64,000 nt of DNA. Origin: Octopus bimaculoides. Its lineage: Eukaryota. The notes beneath the pieces are model-generated. The model worked only from the letters and a program-made list of their open reading frames with translations. It was not told the origin of the DNA and ran no database searches. The position numbers and the translations under genes are program-made. Positions 51,461 through 64,000 of this stretch are shown in pieces. How positions within the stretch are numbered: the stretch's first letter is position 1; each line of letters opens with the position of its first letter. The stretch lies in the NCBI RefSeq assembly GCF_001194135.2, contig NC_068989.1, positions 30,005,711 through 30,069,710 on the forward strand, in the 5' to 3' direction.

Positions 51461-52469
51461 TTCATTCATGTTAAAATTACTGCCTCTAATAGAAGTGAGT
51501 GTGATACAAGCATTGTTGATATAAGCATTATTAATACAAGCATAAGTGGATAAATAAAATAAATAAAACTGCTAATTGGTTAATTCATTATAAATAGTGA
51601 GAAAGGAAATAGGTAGTTTGTTAATTGACTAAATAAGTAATGCAGTCTTATTTTGGTGCCTGCAGAAATGTTGATGAGGCTATTCATAGGGGAGCTATGA
51701 GAGCTTTCTGGTACAGATAAAAAATTTCCATTATAGGTGGTGGGAGTGGGAATCGGTGGGCACATCATGAATAAGGAAGGATGGAAAAGCTGCTCCTTTC
51801 TAAGCAATGACAGAAATAAAGAGTCGAAGGTGGAACATAGAAATCAAGGAAGGAAGATTGTAAAAATTAAAGCAAGGGGTCAAAGGCCAGGGCACATCTC
51901 TAATGAGTGACAAAAATTATGATTATGATGAGTTAGCCTAAATTAAATTACAGGTGGGTTAGTATATTTATGAGGTAGAAATGCAAATAAATGAATGATG
52001 TATGATTAAGGTGAAGAAAAGGCACATTTAGCTGGACATTTTGTTACATGTGGAAGACAGTAAGCAGTATAAATTGAAGGAATCTGCATGTATGGAGGGG
52101 TTTATATAAGGCAGCAACAGGAAGAAGGAAATGAAAAGAGAAGAGGTTGACCACTGGAAATGGCAGCCAAGGTAGAGATATGGGAAAACAGCTATGCTAG
52201 CTTCCAGGATAGAGGCAGTAGAAGTCATTGCAAATAAGGAAGGGCAAAAAGACTGATGTATGCTTGTAACTGTATATAATACATGTGTATCTGTATGTGG
52301 GTGTGTGTCTGGACATTTGGTGTGTACATATCAGTACATATGTGTATGTACTTAAATGTATGTATTGAGACATATATCTGCAATTATATGTGTGCGCACA
52401 CACACACACATGCACACACACACACACATGCACACACACACACATGCACACACACACACGCATGTTTGT

Positions 52470-53039
52470 ATATGTGTGTGTGTGTCACTTCATTGTGTCC
52501 CTGTCATTTTTTCTTGCCCCTCCTTAATTCTTTTGTCCCTCTGCCTCTACCTGTCTCTTTTCTCTACCCAAGTGACCGGTGTTCAGCCAAGCCTGACCTT
52601 TCTTTCTTGGGTGGCCATTGTGTGTGCAACATCGTTATTCCTCCCTGTGTCTGTGAAATCTTGTATCCTGGCTGTAAGGCCTTATTTCCATACACGCCAG
52701 CTTAATTTTATTCGTCCTTCATTGAAAGACATCTGTTGTTATGTCCTGTATTTGAGAAACGTTCGTTTTTTTCCGTCCTTGTTTTTGTATACATTTGCTG
52801 CTTTCTTCCAAGGAATCTAATGCTCTTAGCTTAGTTTTTCCTTGGGGCTGGCCAGATTGGAGCAATATCGAGAATAACCAGCCGAAATTGCAAAGATAAT
52901 CTGGAACTCGACTGAGGAAAGAAAACTCTGAATGACCTGTCCGTGTTTTCTTTGTATCATCTATCTGGATGTTTTATTCCTTTCTTGTATCACCTAAACT
53001 GTCTGGATGTTTTGCGTTCTTGTCCCATTCTGTATTATA
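52470..53039. repeat. Unclassified interspersed-repeat-like segment between microsatellites
   Basis: GC- and CpG-richer than flanks, bounded by (CA)n/(GT)n and a (TA)n gap; no coding motif recognised and no second copy in the window. Confidence 0.35.
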
Positions 53040-53884
53040 NNNNNNNNNNNNNNNNNNNNNNNNNNNNNNNNNNNNNNNNNNNNNNNNNNNNNNNNNNNNN
53101 NNNNNNNNNNNNNNNNNNNNNNNNNNNNNNNNNNNNNNNNNNNNNNNNNNNNNNNNNNNNNNNNNNNNNNNNNNNNNNNNNNNNNTATATATATATATAT
53201 ATATGTTGGTGTGTATATGTTCTTGTGGATGAGTGCCTGTATCTGCACACTTATTTGTGCTGACTTGTGTATGGTTGTGCATCCTATTTATTATTTCTTT
53301 CTACTACTTGGCTCATACTTTGCACTCTAGCCTGTCCAAAGTTTGGTGCTCATGTCTTACTATACTGGATACTAGAGTGGATTTTTGTACCCACTACCGA
53401 GCCCAATTTTGGTTGCATGTTGCACTTTAGTATGCCTCCTTTGTATATATATTTCTGCTTATTATTATCATTATTATTATTGTGTGTGTGTATATATATA
53501 CATATATATATATACATATATAGTTCATATATCTGAAAAAGAAGTACACTCTAAAGCATTAGAACAGTAATATATTTTTTAGGAAGTTAAAAGTTACGGC
53601 CAATTATAGAGTGACCATTGGTTTTGCCCCTATAAGTACTCAGTCCTTCATCTAAAATGTTTCCTACTACAAATTTGGAATTCCTCATTCATTGAATAGG
53701 CCTGCCACAGCTCCTTTGAATATCCCCATGGCCAGAGCCAATGTAAGGGGAATTACCTCCATCTCACTTTCAATACAGTAAAAATAAGAGCATCACAACA
53801 AACCACAGCACATACCCAAGGCACACAGAGCTGTGCTTGGTAGTGCAGTGAAAGCACATGATAAAAATAAGACTACTGAATAAT

Positions 53885-55390
53885 AATAGAAACAACTTGA
53901 AAGTCTTGTACATACTATCTGCATTTTCTTAAATGACATAGGTATGGAATTTGTGATAGAAAAGTGAGCTACATTGAAAATGAAACGAGGAAGATTTGAA
54001 AGAATTGAAATGCCAAATGGGCAAACAATGAGAGTGTTTGAAAAAGGACAGTGGTATAAGTACTTGGGAATACTTGAAACAGATGAGATAAAAAATGAAA
54101 AAATGAAACAAATTACCAGGGGGAGTACACAAGGAGAGTAAGAAAATTATTGTAGTCAAAGTTGAATTTCAAAAATCTTATCGATGCTATATATTCAAGA
54201 GCAGTACCCTTAATCAGATATGGAGTTTGAATTATAGACTGGGCCAAAAACGATATAAAGAAACTTGACAGAAAAACTAGGAAGTTATTGATGATGTATG
54301 GAGTCCACTATCCGAAAGCTGATATCAACCAGCTGTACTTAAGGAGGGACCAAGGTGGAAGAGGCTTAATAACAGTAGAAGAATGTATGCAGACAGAAAG
54401 AAAAAGTTTAGTAGAGTATTTACAGAGTAGCACAGAGAAACTACTAAAGACAGCTAATAAAGAACAGGTGATGAAGCATGTAATAGGAGAAAAGGACAAG
54501 AATGAAATAGAAAGAAAGCACGTCAGACAGATTGAAGAGAAACCTCTGCATGACCAATTTTGGAGAGCCACTGAAGATACATGTGGAACAAAACCTGAAC
54601 TTGGTTAAAAAAAGGGCAATTGAAAACAAAAAGCAGAGAACCTAATTGTAGCAGCCCAAGATCAAGTGATAAAAACAAACAACTTGAGAAAAAAACATAT
54701 ATGGAGAGAATGTGTGAGAAAAATGTAGAGCCTGTGGAACTTGGAATGAGACAGTAGCATACACTGTGACAGAATGTTCCAAATTGGCACAGGAAGAATA
54801 TAAGAAATGGAGGCACAACCAGGTTGTAAAAGTTTTACACTGAAAACTGTGCCAGGAATGAGGATTTGAAGCTGGAAATACATGGTATAATCATCGAGTC
54901 AAAAGTGTACTGGAGTTGGAGAAATGTAAAATTTTGTAGGACTTTCCTATTCAAATGGACAAGAAGTCAGAAAATAATAAACCAGACATAACAATTATAG
55001 GTGAGGATAAGTGAACTTAATTACTTATTGACCTGTTATGTTTGTTTGATTCCAGGATTGTGAAGAAAGAGGAAAAAAACCCAAAGAATATACAATCCCT
55101 TAAAATTTGAAATAAGAAGAATTTGGAGCATGTGAACAGTAAAGGTCATGCCTATAATAATTGGTGTGTTGGGAACAGTAAGCAAATGGTTGAAGGAGAT
55201 TGAAATAGAATGCCCAGTAGAGCTCCTACAGAAAGTTTGTCTCTTAGGGACAGTAAAAATTATCAGGAGGTTCTAAGCATTTAAAAGATAGCTGAAAACT
55301 TGTGGATACCTAAGGTTACATGTAATAACCCACTACCCACATAAATCCTATCAGGAATAAGACCAAACCTGAGCCAAACCAAAATAATTA
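53885..55390 (+). mobile_element. R4/Dong-type LINE 3' half (chain copy A)
   Basis: YKYLGILE, KLDRKTRKLLMMYGVHYPKADINQLYLRRDQGGRGL, CKIL*DFPIQ, VMPIIIGVLG; ends in an aataatt tail. Confidence 0.9.
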
Positions 55391-58300
55391 AATAATTAAA
55401 GCACCACAGGTATGGCCCATTATCACAAGCCAAGCGACCACGGACACATTGAGGAATATCAGTAACTGGAGAACTCCAGGGATAGACAAGATCTCCAACT
55501 TATGGCTGAAATACCTCAACAGTACCCATATTCACAGTGGCAGCACTTGATTTAGTAATAAACAAACCAGAATCAACACCAAACTGGATACTGGAAGGAC
55601 AAACCACCCTAATTCCAAACAAACAAAGAGACCATACACCCACAAAATCATAAGCCAATAACATGCCTATCAACAATCTATAAAACCCTCTCACCAGTCA
55701 TCTATAACTGGCTTGTAATACACCTGGAAAAGACAGCATTTTACCAGAACAAAAGGGATGCCAGAGAGAGGTGCAAAAAGCAGCTTCTAGTAAATTGAGC
55801 CATTAGACAGGACTGTAAGAAGAGAAACATGACTTGGATTGATAACCAGAAAGCATTCAACATGGATACTGGAATTGCTCTACACAAATAAAGAAGCTTC
55901 AACACTGCTAAAATATATCAACCATGCAATGGCAAACTGGAAAACCAGTAGAACACTGAAAAATGAACCACAAGTAATTAAAACCTGCCCTATGCTCATA
56001 AGAAGAAAGATTTTCCAATGAGACTCATGAATAAGGTGTTGTGCCAAGAGTCATGACACCCGCTGCAAGAATAGACATGACAAAATGACTATGAATAGTA
56101 GCAGTCTGAGTGAGAGACCTGACAGAGTAGGTGTTAATTGCAGGAAGTCATAAGATGTTGTTTTGGTAGTTTGTTGGAATATCGTCTGTTGGTTCATGTG
56201 TGTGGAGAGTTCATTGGATTGTTACATTGTTGTTACCCTGATTTGTTATATGTTTTATTGTTACTACACATTTATAGCATAAAAAAGTATCGTCATAACA
56301 ACTGGTGATGCAACAATATTGGTGATGAGGATTCGAAGTTCACACAGGTCAGTTAACAAATTTTTGTGACATGAAGTTGTTAATAATGGAAGACCTATTA
56401 GATTTTATAATACAGTTGCAAAAGCAACAGCAAGAACAGCAACAGCAGTTGCAGAAACAACTACTACAGTAACAAGAAAAACAACAGTTAATGGAGCTAT
56501 GTCTTAAGTAGTCTGGAAACACTATAAGGTTTTTTTCATCAGATGACATATTGAACTCTAATAACAGAGTCCAACCTTTGCAGCATACTTTAGAAAGTAT
56601 GAAGAAATCTTCAGAAAAGAATGCAAGTCGTGGATGGACAACGATAAAGTAAGACTATTATTATGCAAATTAGCACTGGCTGAACATGAAAAATATTGTA
56701 ATTTCATACTACCCCCACAAAAAACTAGTGAAATTTGTTTCCAGGAAACAGTCGAAGTACTATCAAAAATATTCAGTGATAAGAGTTCCCACTTATCACT
56801 TCCAGATGGGAGTGTTGGAATCTAGTTAAAAAAGAGGATGAAGACTTTGTCACGTATGCCAGGACTGTAAACTGAATGTGCAAAAGATTTAAACTGAAGG
56901 AACTAACTCCTGACATGTTTAAGTGTCTTATTTTTGTACAAGGGTTTATGGCAAACAAAAATGCAGAGATATGTGCAAGAATTCTCACAAAACTTGAACA
57001 AACGGACCAAAGTTTAACCCTGCAGACAGTTTCAGAGGAGTGTCAAAGAATGGTAAACTTACATCAGGACATAAAGAAAATTGAAGAGAAGGAGTTCTCA
57101 CAAGTAGAAGTATGTTGACAGGGAAGGTATAAACAAACAAAAAAATGTTAAAACCAAACCCATGCTACAGATGTGGAGCCCTACATTTCAGGAAGGATTG
57201 TACTTTCAAAATGCAAAAATGTATCAGTTGCCAAAAAGCAGGACACAAAAGCTCACATTGCAGAGCAAAGTTAGGAAGGTCAAACATAAAAGATTCCAAA
57301 GTTTTCTCAATGGAAAGTAGAAATGACACTAAAAAGAGAAAATTTGTACATGTAAAAGTAAATGAAGTGAATATTAAATTACAACTAGATACCAGTCGCA
57401 ACATCTTGATTATTAATACCAACACATGGAAAAGAATTGAGAAACTTATGTTAAGAAAAACATCAAAAATTGTACGAGGTGAAAAACTACACTTCATAGG
57501 AAAAATGTGGAGTGATATCACATTTCGGGGAAAAACCTGTAGAGCAAAAGTTTTTGTGGTAAAAAATGCAACCAATCTGTTCGGTATGAACTGGTTGGAG
57601 TTGTTTGACCTATGGAACCTCCCCATAGGTCTGTTCTGTAAAAATTCAGCAGCTGAATTGAAGAAAAAATTAAAAAAACTTGTTTCCTGCAGTGCTGTCA
57701 GATAAATTAGGTCTCTGTTCTAAGACTGAGGTCTGTTTTCAAATAAAGGAAAATGTTGTACCTGTATTCAAACCTAAAGAAAGGTACCATTTGCTGCAAT
57801 AAAGCAGGTAGAGGAACAATTAGACTGGAGAAAATGGAAATTATTCAAAAAGTAGATTATTCTAAGTAGGCAGCACCAACTGTGTGTATTAAAAAAAAAA
57901 ATAACAAAATCAGTGTGTACTGATTTTTCTACTTGTTTGAATGACTATCTAAAAATGTGCCATTATCCACTGCCTACTCCAGAGGATATTTTCGCAAAAT
58001 TAAATGGAAAATATTTTCAAAACTGGATTTGTCTGATGCATATCTACAAATTAAAGTAGATGAGGAATGCTTGAAGTTTCTAACAGTGAATATGCAGAGG
58101 ACTATACAAATATGATAGATTGTCATTTGATCTGAAGGTTTCACCTGCAATATTTCAACAGGTTATGGATGCAATGTTGGTGGACTGTCAATTTGCAATT
58201 CCATACCTTGATGATGTATTAATTAAAAGTGAATCAGCATATCGAACATGTGAAGTGTGTTTTTCAAGAAATAAGAGATTATGGTTTCACACTCAGTGAG

Positions 58301-59278
58301 CAGAAATGTGAATTCTTTTATGTGAATTAAATATTTTGGACAAATTATTGATAAAAATGGAAGACGACCTGACCTGTTGAGGGCAGACACAATTAAAAAT
58401 ATGCCTCCCCCAACTAACATAGCAACATTACAAGCTTCTCTTGACCTGACAAACTATTATCAAAATTACATGCCAAACATGTATGAATTGGGAGCTCCAC
58501 TTAATAATTTGCTAAAGAAAGATACCAAATGGAATTAGTCATTTAACTGTTAAAAGGTGTTTCAGGACATTAAAAAATATTAATTTCGGATTTGTTATTA
58601 GCTCATTTTGATTCTACAGCAGAGACTGTGGTAGCTTCTGACACTTCTGAATATGGCGTAGGAGCAGTTTTGCTACACAAATATAAAGACGGTAATATGA
58701 AGGCAGTGGTTCATGCCACATATGCTCTGATTGCTGCAGAAAAAAAACTACAGCCAGATAAAGAAACTCTAGTGATTATTTTTGCTACAAAGAAATTTCA
58801 CAAATTTCTCCACTGTACAAGTTTTCGGCTTCAGATGGACCACTGACCATTACTATCAATTTTTGGACTGAAGAAAGGAATTCCTACCCATTCAGCTAAC
58901 AGATTACAACACTGGTGTACAATATTGTTAAATTACAATTTTAAGATGGAGTATATTCCTTCTAAGAAAATTGGCCATGCAGATTGTTTATCTAGGCTAA
59001 TTCCAAAGAATGCAGAACCACTGGAAGATGTGGTGATAGCCGCATTACAATCAGAAAAAGAAATTAAAAATGTTAAGTGTAATGTCATTCAGGAGTTGCC
59101 AATGACTGTACAAGATATAAAAAGTAAATCAGCAGAGGACAAATATATCATAAAAAATGTAGGAAACCTTGAAAAATAAACAAAAGAGAAACATGAATGT
59201 GAACCATTTTTCACTCTGCAATGATGTATTAATGTACACAAAGAGTGGTAGTACCAACTGCACTACAGAAACGGATAT

Positions 59279-59525
59279 AGTTCTATATTTAAGAGATGAG
59301 GAATTATGTACATTACTTACGATTAATGGATATTTGTCCTCATCATATTTGTTGTCAACATGTTTTGGCTGATATACCCTCCAGCCTTCATCAAGTGTCT
59401 TGGGGAAATTTCGAACCTGGGTTCTCATTCCTAAGCTATTTTTCGATGTTGTTATTATTATTATAATCGAAATCAGAATGTTGGGGCTAGTAGCCTGCGC
59501 TCTTGACCACTACACAATATGCCCA
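59279..59525 (-). ncRNA. tRNA-like head plus degenerate hammerhead in the Penelope 3' region
   Basis: Minus: gtgtagtggtcaagagcgcaggctactagcccc...ttcgatt, (AAT)n linker, gacac-TTGATGA-aggctg...cagcc-AAAA-catgtt; homologous to 20421-20610. Confidence 0.6.
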
Positions 59526-60860
59526 TGGGCAATTATGGAGTGAATTTTAGGGCTTATAGATCTAATATTCTCCTATCCTTCCTTAATACCGGTTCCCATA
59601 TGCTGTTCGTATCTGCACTCAGTCTGCTTAGGAGGTTGTTGTGTCCTAACATATGTGCTGCTTCTTTTAGTTTTTGTATTTTCCAGTGGTGTTCTCTGTC
59701 TATTATTTTAACTTCATCCCACAGGGGGAGGTGGTCTCCATTTTTCCATACATGATCAGCTATACCTGATTTATCAATATCTCCCCATGTCACAGCTTTG
59801 CGATGTTCCTCTACCCTTATTTTGAGGGGACAGCATGTTTTGCCTTTGTATAACCTACCACAACTGTATGGGATGGAGTACATACAGTTCTTGGTGATAT
59901 TTTCTTCTATTGGTGGTTTTACTCGAAGGAGATATTTGCGAACTGTTGTATTACTTTTGAATACTATCCTGTGTAGATGTAGAGACTCAAAGCTAATACC
60001 ACCTGGCTTGAATATAATGACACCAGTGGATTCATATAAAGCTAGAAGAGTAGTGGAAAGGGCAGGACACGCCCTCGTCCATGAGAAGATCCATTACAAC
60101 CATTGGAAAAAAACATCAATTAAATAGCGAAATCAAAGAGAGGTTATCTTCATTATTTAGGAAAATAACCAGAGATGATGATAGAAAGAGAATCCAACAA
60201 GATCTAGAAAAGTCATACATGAAAGAATTTGAAATGGTGAAGACATGCCAGATTAAGAAGTTTATGAAACTCAAAGGTCAGAGAATGAAGACTGAAGTCT
60301 GTCACCCACCTGTGAAAGCAGTAATTAATCTAAGTAACTGACATCTTGAAAGCTCTGAAGAAGCAGTACTAAACAAAGGTCTCAACTTTAAGACAACCAT
60401 CAAGCGCATTTCATACTTGGACATAATAGCCCCTAATTAAGAGATAGCCATAAAGATACCAAAAGCTCAGGGAGATGAACTAAGGTGGAAAGTCAGACTA
60501 GAAAAAGTGAAACTTCCCAAACCAAACATCACTAAGGAAGAAAAGTTCACTATCAAAAGACTACAGAGTGACAATTCCATCATAATACTTCCAGCAGACA
60601 AGGGAAATGCTACAGTGGTGATGAACAAGTTTGACTACTTGGAAAAACTGGCAAGTCTAATAAGTGATGGTAGCTACAGCAAAGTAAAGAAAGACCCTAC
60701 TTTGAAAACAGAGAAGAAGTTGTGACAGATCTTGATCAAGAACAAGGACCACTTTACACCAATGAAATACAGACAACTGACTCAACACTACAGTAAACTA
60801 CCACACATGTGCGGTCTTCCTAAGATTCACAAGGATGGTATTCCATTAAGACCTATAGTG
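59279..60860. mobile_element. Penelope/Poseidon-type element inserted in the Gypsy: inverted 3' part (59279-59970, minus) head-to-head with a 5' ORF part (59970-60860, plus)
   Basis: Minus: RIVFKSNTTVRKYLLRVKP...YSIPYSCGRLYKGKT...RVEEHR...GIADHVW...KLKEA. Plus: CRDSKLIPPGL, NKGLNF, ILPADKGNATVVM, GLPKIHKDGIPLRPIV. Confidence 0.92.
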
Positions 60861-63237
60861 AAAGCTTTACCAAGTGGCTGGAAATATGTAGGTGCAGTCA
60901 CCCTACTTCAAAGGCAACAATAAAGTTCCAGCATGAATTTTTGCACGATACAGTGATCTAGACACCATAGCATCAGACAATGGAACAAAATTTATAGGAT
61001 ATGAGTTCAAGAAATTCTGCAAAATACATGCAATGAAGTACATGTTTACCCCACCCTACCACCCAAGGTCAAATGAGCAAGCAGAATGATTTGTAGAAGG
61101 AATGAGTTAGGAAATGATGAAATTCTAACTAAATTCCTAAGGGTGTACAGAATAATGCCGAATCCAAATACTAGTACAGGCAAATTGCCTGTAGAGCTAA
61201 TGTTCACTTGAAAGATTAAATCAATCTTCAACAAATTGTTGCCAAAGGAAAAACATAGAAAAAGTACAAAAACTTCAACTAAACATTTTGAGACAAAGTT
61301 CATTTCAAAGTATACAAGAATGGTAAAGAGAGTTGGCAGGATGGTGTAGTGACTAAAAGAATAGGAAACATGATGTGTTTAACGATGGGAGCATAAACAA
61401 TACCTAAATGAATTAAAAACCAGACATACAGAAGAAAGGAAGGAAATTTCAATGGAAGTGTTTTATGACATGTTTGATGTGCCTGCACTGAAAGAGATTG
61501 AACCTAGAAGGAGCAGTAACAGAAAATGTAAACAGACTGAGCATTTAGAAATAATTCCTAAGTGGAAAAGGTACTGAACTCCCTAGGGAAGCAAAAGAAG
61601 TTGGAAAGAAAGAGAAAAAGTTAATAAAATAAATTTCATTTCCTATGGAAGTTGAAATCCCAAAAGGGGAGATGTTGTGGTGAGAGTCACAACACACTCT
61701 GTGAGAATAGACTTGACTGCACGACTATAAATAGTAGTGGTCTGAGTGAGAGACTAGACAGAGTAGGCATTAATCGCAGGAAGTGGTAAGGTGTCATTTT
61801 GGTAGTTTGTTGGAATATCGTTTGTTGGGTCGTGTATAGTTCGTGGAGAGTTTGTTGGATTATTACGTTGTTGTTACCCTGCTTCATTATATGTTTTATT
61901 GTTACTACATGGTTATAGTATAAACAAGTATTGTCATAACAATTGACAATACAACATAGGGATAAATACTCTAGCCATACCAGTCATAAATTACAGCTTC
62001 AACATAATAAACTGGAAGATCAGTGAATTGAGAAACTTAGATAGAAAAACCAGAAAACTATTAACAGCTTACTGAAGTCACCACCCCAAAGCAGACACAG
62101 ACAGATTATATCTACTCAGATGGAAGGCATGGCCTGACACAGATAGAGAACTATAAAATAACAACAGTTGGATTAGAAAAGTACTTAGAAACAAAAAGTG
62201 GAAGACTACATGTAATAAAGCAACACAAAAAAATGAAAACACTTTTCTCTACACACAAGGAGGCAACAAAATACAAAGCAGAAACAAACTACACTGATCT
62301 CAGATGAAAACACAGCAGAAATAGCCAAAGAGACAAAAAAAGAAAACAAAAAAAAAACATGAAAACAGAACTACAAAACACACTAAAGAAGAAATAGAGA
62401 GAAAAATCACTCCATGGCTAGACATAGAAGAAGTGAACCTAAGTAAAAGCCAACAATGGCGCAAAAGCTCTGGACTAAAAGTAGAAACAGAAGGACTGAT
62501 TGTTGCTGCAAAAGACTAATGCTTGACTACAAACAATTATAAAAGCAAAATAATGAAAACAGGCCCTAACACCAAGTACAGAATGTGCAACCAGTATAAT
62601 GAGAGTTGACCACATCATTTGACTTGTCCTGTCCATATGTGAATATATATACAGAGTAAGTGGCTATATCCACTGGACAATATGCCAACATTACAACATA
62701 AAGACTAACAAGAAACATGTGCCAAACATGGGACATGATAACAACCAGGCCACAATTATGTAGGATATGTCTGTTCAAACTGACAATGAAATAAAAGCTA
62801 ATCAAAGATTGCAACCCCCCCCCCCCAAAAAAAAACACTTGTTCACTGGTAGACATTGCAGTCCCTTCTGACCAAAACATTGCCCCTACAGAAGTGGAGA
62901 AATTGTAAAAGTACAAAGACCTTAAAACTGAAGTATTCAAGATGTGGTGCAGGAAAGTGAAAATAGTACCAGTAATAACAGTTTAAGGTATGATAAAAAA
63001 AAACCCCAGCCCACATCTTATGCAAAACACTACCAATTCAGCCCTGCAACATGTATTCTACAGGCTGGATACCCAACAGAAGAACAGAACTTGCATTACA
63101 CACACAACACATAATACAAACACTAATAGAACAAAAGACTTCAACTAAACCCCACAACAAAATGAACATACAATGTTGCACACACTCCAGCAACATGGAG
63201 GTGATGCAGTAGAAATCTGCCTGAAACTATTGAATGT

Positions 63238-63269
<32 letters not shown>

Positions 63270-64000
63270 CTGGATGCGGATACAAATGTTACAACAAAAC
63301 AATCAGCCACCTTTTATATATGGATGACCTAAAATTATACGCTAGAAATGATAAAGAGCTGGAAACACTACTACAGACAGTACATGGATTTACCAAAGAA
63401 ATAGATATGAAATTTGGAATAGAAAAATGTGCCAAAGCAACCCTGAAAAGAGGAAAACTAGTTAAGAGTAGCAACATCACACTAGATAAAGCCAATGAAA
63501 TAAGAGAATTAGACCAAAGCCAGCCATACAAATATTTAGGAATCAATGAACTAGATAGGATACAACACACACAAACGAAAGAGAAAATAAAGAAAGAATA
63601 CTATTGACGAGTTAGATAAATACTAAAAATAGAGCTCAATGCTAAAAACAAGATAATAGGTATTAACACTTTAGCCGTCCCAGTTATAAGTTACAGCTAC
63701 AATATCCTTAACTGGACACTAAACGAACTATCTAAAATAGACAGGAAAACAAGAAAAATAATGACAGGATCTAGGATGCACCACCCAAAATCTGACATAG
63801 AAAGGCTATATATACAATGTACAGAAGGTGGTAGGGGTCTTATACAGCTGGAAAACTATTATAAAATAACCACCATAGGACTGCAAAAATACGTACTTCA
63901 GAAGCAATGAAAACTAATACAAATAGCCACAAAACACGAGCAAAACAAAAACTGTTTTCAGTATTTATGGAAGCTGACAAATACAAACAAGAAATCATAC
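63270..64000 (+). mobile_element. R4/Dong-type LINE (chain copy C), 5'-truncated, runs off the window
   Basis: SHLLYMDDLKLYARND, GIEKCAK, YKYLGI, GINTLAVPVISYSY, MHHPKSDIERLY...GGRGL. Confidence 0.92.

Larger units (their letters stand above)
56037..61956 (+). mobile_element. Ty3/Gypsy LTR retrotransposon (Mag-like), both LTRs present, gag-pol disrupted
   Basis: LTRs 56037-56315 and 61673-61956 (TGTTG...CAACA); TSD taagg/taggg; PBS tggtgatgaggat 56320-56332; PPT aaaaggggaga 61662-61672. Two zinc knuckles (CYRCGALH, CISCQKAGH), protease LQLDT, RT YLDD, RNase H ASDTSEYGVGAVL, integrase SDNGT. Confidence 0.96.
55400..63268 (+). mobile_element. Second R4/Dong subfamily LINE (chain copy B), split by the Gypsy provirus: 55400-56036 and 61957-63268
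   Basis: NWRTPGID, PEQKGC, WIDxRKAF, IRRKIFQ*DS left of the LTR; INTLAIPVINYSF, HHPKADTDRL, VDIAVPSDQN right of it; (AAT)n tail ~63238-63268. Confidence 0.85.

Noticed and set aside
52040-52240. CR1/L2 3' relic on the minus strand
   Set aside because: Resemblance too faint to support a feature call.
4388-53330. Long ORFs full of X in the ORF track
   Set aside because: They span assembly N-gaps and are not evidence of coding sequence.
56400-56500. Poly-Gln tract as a host gene
   Set aside because: It lies in the Gypsy gag N-terminus just after the PBS.

Overview
AT-rich, microsatellite-rich eukaryotic DNA from a draft assembly with 9 N-gaps. The repeat families look cephalopod/octopus-like (inference, not verified). 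No complete host gene is visible; at most there are a few candidate exons, best at 28819-28976, so the window reads as intron or intergenic DNA. It is dominated by decayed mobile elements: RTE LINEs, at least seven R4/Dong-type (REL-endonuclease) LINE pieces often chained at (TAA)n runs, six Penelope-like (GIY-YIG) pieces, and a full-length mariner with TIRs and a TA duplication. There are also a DD37D-type Tc1/mariner relic, a Helitron fragment, a two-LTR Gypsy provirus nested in a LINE and itself interrupted by a Penelope element, several tRNA-derived SINE families and two long inverted repeats. Most intriguing is a ~200-bp unit with a tRNA-like Pol III head and a hammerhead-ribozyme core. 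It occurs once as the 3' end of a Penelope element (59279-59525) and once free-standing (20421-20610), suggesting a Penelope-dependent, ribozyme-bearing SINE. Most ORFs in the supplied track are microsatellite or N-gap artefacts, or TE fragments. Boundaries are by eye and approximate unless junction bases are quoted.
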